A DNA stretch of 64,000 nucleotides. Source: Eledone cirrhosa (lineage: Eukaryota). The notes under the pieces were generated by a model, which saw only the letters and a program-made list of their open reading frames with translations, made no database searches and was not told the origin of the DNA. Positions 57,701-64,000 of the stretch are shown piece after piece (the stretch's first letter is position 1; each line of letters starts with the position of its first letter). A program made the translations under genes and the position numbers. The stretch covers positions 16,802,001-16,866,000 of the forward strand of contig OZ024740.1 in assembly GCA_964016885.1 (NCBI GenBank), read 5' to 3'.

Positions 57701-60700
57701 CAACAATCACCACAACTACAACCAGCACCACAACAACCACAACCACAACAACAACCACCACCACAACAACCACCACCACAACAACCACCACCACAACAAC
57801 CACCAACACAACAACAACCACCACAACAACAACCACCACAACAACAACCACCACAACAACAACCACCACCAACAACAACCACCACCACAACAACCACCAC
57901 CACAACAACAACCACCACAACAACAACCACCACAACAACAACCACCACAACAACAACCACCACCACAACAACCACCACCTCAACAACATTCACCACAACT
58001 ACAACCACAACTACAACTACAACCACCACCACAACAACAACGACCACCACAACAACCACCACAACAACAATCACCACAACTACAACCACCACCACAACTA
58101 CAACCACCACCACAACAACCACCACAACTACAACCACCACCACAACAACAACCACCACCACAACAACCAGCACCACAACAACCACCACCACAACAACAAT
58201 CACCACAACTACAACCACCACCACAACTACAACCACCACCACAACAACAACCACCACCACAACAACAATCACCACAACTACAACCACCACCACAACAACC
58301 ACCTCCACAACTACAACCACTACAACAACAACCACCACCACAACAACCACCACCACAACAACCACCACCACAACAACCACCACCACAACAACAACCACCA
58401 CAACAACAACCACCACAACAAAAACCACCACAACAACAACCACCACCACAACAACAACCACCACTACAACCACCACCACAACAACAATCCCCACAACTAC
58501 AACCACCACCACAACTACAACCACCACCACAACAACAACCACCACCACAACAACCACCACAACAACAATCACCACAACTACAACCACCACCACAACAACC
58601 ACCACCACAACAACCACCACCACAACAACCACCACCACAACAACCACCACAACAACAATCACCACAACTACAAACACCACAACAACAACCACCACCACAA
58701 CAACCACCACCACCACAACCACCACCACAACAACAACCACCACAACTACAACCACCACCACAACAACCACCACCACAACAACCACTACAACAACAACCAC
58801 CACCACAACAATCACCACAACTACAACTACCACCACAACAACCACCACCACAACAATAATCACCACAACTACAACCCCTACCACAACTACAACCACCACC
58901 ACAACAACAACCACCACCACAACAACCACCACCACAACAATCACCACAACTACAACCACCACCACAACAACCACCACCACAACAACAATCACCACAACTA
59001 CAACCACCACAGCTACAACCACCACCACAACAACAACCACCACCACAACAACCACCACCACAACAACCACCACCACAACAACAATCACCCCAACTACAAC
59101 CACCACCACAACAACCACCACCAAAACAACCACCAACACAACAACCTCACCACAACTACAGCCACCACCACAACTACAACCACCACCACAACAACAACCA
59201 CCACCACAACAACCACCACCACAACAACCACCACCACAACAACAATCACCACCACAACAACCACCACCACAACAACCACCACCACAACAAACACCACCAC
59301 AACAACAACCACCACCACAACAACCACCACCACAACAAGCACCACCACAACAACAATCGCCACAACTACAACCACCACCACAACTACAACCACCACCACC
59401 ACAATAACCACCACTACAACAACAATCACCACAACAACAATCACCACAACAACAACAACCACCACCACAACAACCACCACCACAACCACCACCACCACAA
59501 CAACAATCACCACAACTACAACCACCACCACAACTACAACCACCACCACCACAACAACCACCACCACAACAACAATCACCACAACAACAATCACCACAAC
59601 AACCACCACCACAACAACAATCACCACAACTACAACCAACACCACAACAACCACCACCACCACAACAACCACCACCACAACAACCACCACCACAACAACA
59701 ATCACCACAACTACAACCACCACCACAACTACAACCACCACCACCACAACAACCACCACAACAACCACCACCACAACAACAATCATCACAACTACAACCA
59801 CCACCACAACTACAACCACCACCACAACAACCACCACCACAACAACCACCACCACAACAACAATCACCACAACAACAATCACCACAACAACCACCACCAC
59901 AACAACAATCACCACAACTACAACCACCACCACAACAACCACCACCACAACAACAACCACCACCACAACAACCACCACCACAACAACAATCACCACAACA
60001 ACCACCACCACAACAACAATCACCACAACTACAACCACCACCACAACAACCACCACCACAACAACAATCACCACAACTACAACCATCACCACAACAACAA
60101 TCACCACAACTACAACCACCACCACAACAACCGCCACCACAACAACCACCATCACAACAACAATCACCACAACTACAACCACCACCACAACTACGACCAC
60201 CACCACAACAACAACCACCACCACAACAACCACCACAACAACAATCACCACAATTACAACCACCACCACAACAACCACCACCACAACAACCATCACCACA
60301 ACAACCACCACCACAATAACCACCATCACAACAACCACCACCACAACAACAACCACCACAACTACAACCACCACCACAACAACCACCACCAAAACAACCA
60401 CCACCACAACAACCACCACCACAACAACAACCACCACAAATACAACCACCACCACCACAACCACAACCACAACAACCACTACAACTACAACCACCACCAC
60501 AACAACTACCACCACAACAACAATCACCACAACTACAACCCCCACCACAACTACAACCACCAACACAAGAACAACCACCACCACAACAACCACCACCACA
60601 ACAATCACCACAACTACAACCACCACCACAACAACCACCACCACAACAAAAATCACCACAACTACAACCACCACAACTACAACCACCGCCACAACAACAA

Positions 60701-63700
60701 CCACCACCACAACAACAATCACCACAACTACAACCACCACCACAACTACAACCACCACCACAACAACAACCACCACCACAACAACCACCACAACAACAAT
60801 AACCACAACTACAACCCCCACCACAACAACCACCACCACAACAACCACCACCACAACAACAACCACCACAACTACAACCACCACCATAACAACCAACACC
60901 ACAACAATCACCACCACAACAACCACCACCACAACAACCACCACCACAACAACAACCACCACAACTACAACCACCACCACAACAACCACCACCACAACAA
61001 CCACTACAACAACAACCACCACCACAACAATCACCACAACTACAACCACCACCACAACAACCACCACCACAACAACAATCACCACAACTACAACCCCCAC
61101 CACAACTACAACCACCACCACAACAACAACCACCACCACAACAACCACCACCACAACAATCACCACAACTACAACCACCACCACAACAACCACCACCACA
61201 ACAACAATCACCACAACTACAACCACCACAGCTACAACCACCAACACAACAACAACCACCACCACAACAACAATCACCACAACTACAACCACCACCACAA
61301 CAACCACCACCACAACAACCACCACCACAACAACAATCACCCCAACTACAACCACCACCACAACAACCACCACCACAACAACCACCACCACAACAACCAC
61401 CACCACAACAACCACCACCACAACAACCTCACCACAACTACAACCACCACCACAACTACAACCACCACCACAACAACAACCACCACCACAACAACCCCCA
61501 CCACAACAACCACCACCACAACAACAATCACCACCACAACAACCACCACCACAACAACCACCACCACAACAACCACCACCACAACAACAACCACCACCAC
61601 AACAACCACCATCACAACAAGCACCACCACAACAACAATCACCACAACTACAACCACCACCACAACTACAACCACCACCACCACAACAACCACCACTACA
61701 ACAACAACCACCACAACAACAATCACCACAACTACAACCACCACCACAACAACCACCACCACAACAACAATCACCACAACTACAACCTGCACCACAACAA
61801 CCACAACCACAACAACAACCACCACCACAACAACCACCACCACAACAACCACCACCACAACAACCACCAACACAACAACAACCACCACAACAACAACCAC
61901 CACAACAACAACCACCACAACAACAACCACCACCACAACAACCACCACCACAACCACCACCACAACAACAACCACCACAACAACAACCACCACAACAACA
62001 ACCACCACAACAACAACCACCACCACAACAACCACCACCTCAACAACATTCACCACAACTACAACCACGACCACAACTACAACCACCACCACAACAACAA
62101 CCACCACCACAACAACCACCACAACAACAATCACCACAACTACAACCACCACCACAACTACAACCACCACCACAACAACCACCACAACTACAACCACCAC
62201 CACAACAACAACCACCACCACAACAACCACCACCACAACAACCACCACCACAACAACAATCACCACAACTACAACCACCACCACAACTACAACCACCACC
62301 ACAACAACAACCACCACCACAACAACAATCACCACAACTACAACCACCACCACAACAACCACCTCCACAACTACAACCACTACAACAACAACCACCACCA
62401 CAACAACCACCACCACAACAACCACCACCACAACAACAACCACCACAACAACAACCACCACAACAACAACCACCACAACAACAACCACCACTACAAAAAC
62501 CACCACAACAACAACCACCACCACAACAACAACCACCACTACAACCACCACCACAACAACAATCCCCACAACTACAACCACCACCACAACTACAACCACC
62601 ACCACAACAACAACCACCACCACAACAACCACCACAACAACAATCACCACAACTACAACCACCACCACAACAACCACCACCACAACAACCACCACCACAA
62701 CAACCACCACAACAACAATCACCACAACTACAAACACCACCACAACAACAACCACCACAACTACCACCACCACAACAACCACCACCACAACAACCACAAC
62801 CACAACAACAACCACCACCACAACAACCACCACCACAACAACCACCACCACAACAACCACCAACACAACAACAACCACCACAACAACAACCACCACAACA
62901 ACAACCACCACCACAACAACCACCACCACAACAACCACCACCACAACAACCACCACCACAACAACACCCACCACAACAACAACCACCACAACAACAACCA
63001 CCACAACAACAACCACCACAACAACAACCACCACAACAACAACCACCAACACAACAACCACCACCACAACAACAATCACCACAACTACAACCACCACCAC
63101 AACTACAACCACCACCACAACAACAACCACCACCACAACAACCACCACAACAACAATAACCACAACTACAACCCCCACCACAACAACCACCACCACAACA
63201 ACCACCACCACAACAACAACCACCACAATTACAACCACCACCACAACAACCACCACCACAACAATCACCACCACAACAACCACCACCACAACAACCACCA
63301 CCACAACAACAACCACCACAACTACAACCACCACCACAACAACCACCACCACAACAACCACTACAACAACAACCACCACCACAACAATCACCACAACTAC
63401 AACCACCACCACAACAACCACCACCACAACAACAATCACCACAACTACAACCCCCACCACAACTACAACCACCACCACAACAACAACCACCACCACAACA
63501 ACCACCACCACAACAATCACCACAACTACAACCACCACCACAACAACCACCACCACAACAACAATCACCACAACTACAACCACCACAGCTACAACCACCA
63601 CCACAACAACAACCACCACCACAACAACAATCACCACAACTACAACCACCACCACAACAACCACCACCACAACAACCACCACCACAACAACAATCACCCC

Positions 63701-64000
63701 AACTACAACCACCACCACAACAACCACCACCACAACAACCACCACCACAACAACCTCACCACAACTACAACCACCACCACAACTACAACCACCACCACAA
63801 CAACAACCACCACCACAACAACCACCACCACAACAACCACCACCACAACAACAATCACCACCACAACAACCATCACCACAACAACCACCACCACAACAAA
63901 CACCACCACAACAACAACCAACACCACAACAACCACCACCACAACAAGCACCACCACAACAACAATCACCACAACTACAACCACCACCACAACTACAACC
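33709..64000 (+). repeat. Giant compound CAA/CCA triplet array (>30 kb, open at window end)
   Basis: Short alternating runs of CAA and CCA, with recurrent TCA/CTA variants (module CAACAATCACCACAACTACAACCACCACCA), almost no G, and occasional 1-2-nt phase shifts. Confidence 0.97.

Noticed and set aside
55615-63159. 2514-aa plus-strand ORF as a real mucin or adhesin CDS
   Set aside because: Its ATG is a single variant of the usual ATC, and the product switches from Thr to Asn/His to Thr to Gln/Pro at phase shifts. It has no signal peptide or non-repetitive domain.
33501-63990. Very long minus-strand poly-Val, Cys/Gly and Trp/Leu ORFs (keratin-associated, metallothionein or membrane-protein look-alikes)
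   Set aside because: GTT/GTG/TGT/GGT/TTG/TGG repeats contain no stop codons, so long ORFs are automatic. Starts are mostly GTG/TTG and composition flips at indels.
33709-64000. Telomeric repeat tract
   Set aside because: There is no canonical telomere motif (TTAGGG or TTAGG type). The G-rich strand also runs 5'->3' toward the 46-bp satellite rather than toward the open right end, which is the wrong polarity for a terminus on that side.
1-64000. Assignment to a specific organism or named satellite family
   Set aside because: The content indicates a repeat-rich eukaryote, but I do not recognise the monomer and cannot run a database search.

Overview
This window is almost entirely eukaryotic-type repetitive DNA, and I cannot support any intact gene in it. 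(1) 1-~33569 is a head-to-tail 46-bp tandem satellite of about 700 monomers, consensus GGGAGAYATCAGWGTAAATATGGTGGCTTCTRGACAGAGSTTTACA, with kb-scale duplicated blocks. (2) One 1165-bp, internally deleted Ty3/Gypsy-type LTR retrotransposon interrupts it on the minus strand (18546-19710). It retains 28 bp of the 5' LTR fused directly to the integrase C-terminus, a polypurine tract, a 397-bp 3' LTR and a 4-bp GGTT target-site duplication. Uninterrupted copies of the insertion site occur elsewhere in the array. (3) A ~55-bp junction and a (GAA)28 tract lead into a >30-kb, almost G-free CAA/CCA triplet mosaic (33709-64000, open at the window end) with nested 1.3-4.9-kb duplications. The long poly-Thr, poly-Val, Gln/Pro and Asn/His ORFs are best explained as by-products of these repeats. 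I found no convincing new gene system. The most notable points are structural: the deleted retroelement with its empty-site paralogs, the constrained triplet mosaic, and motif and dyad features of the satellite monomer. All coordinates were read by eye.
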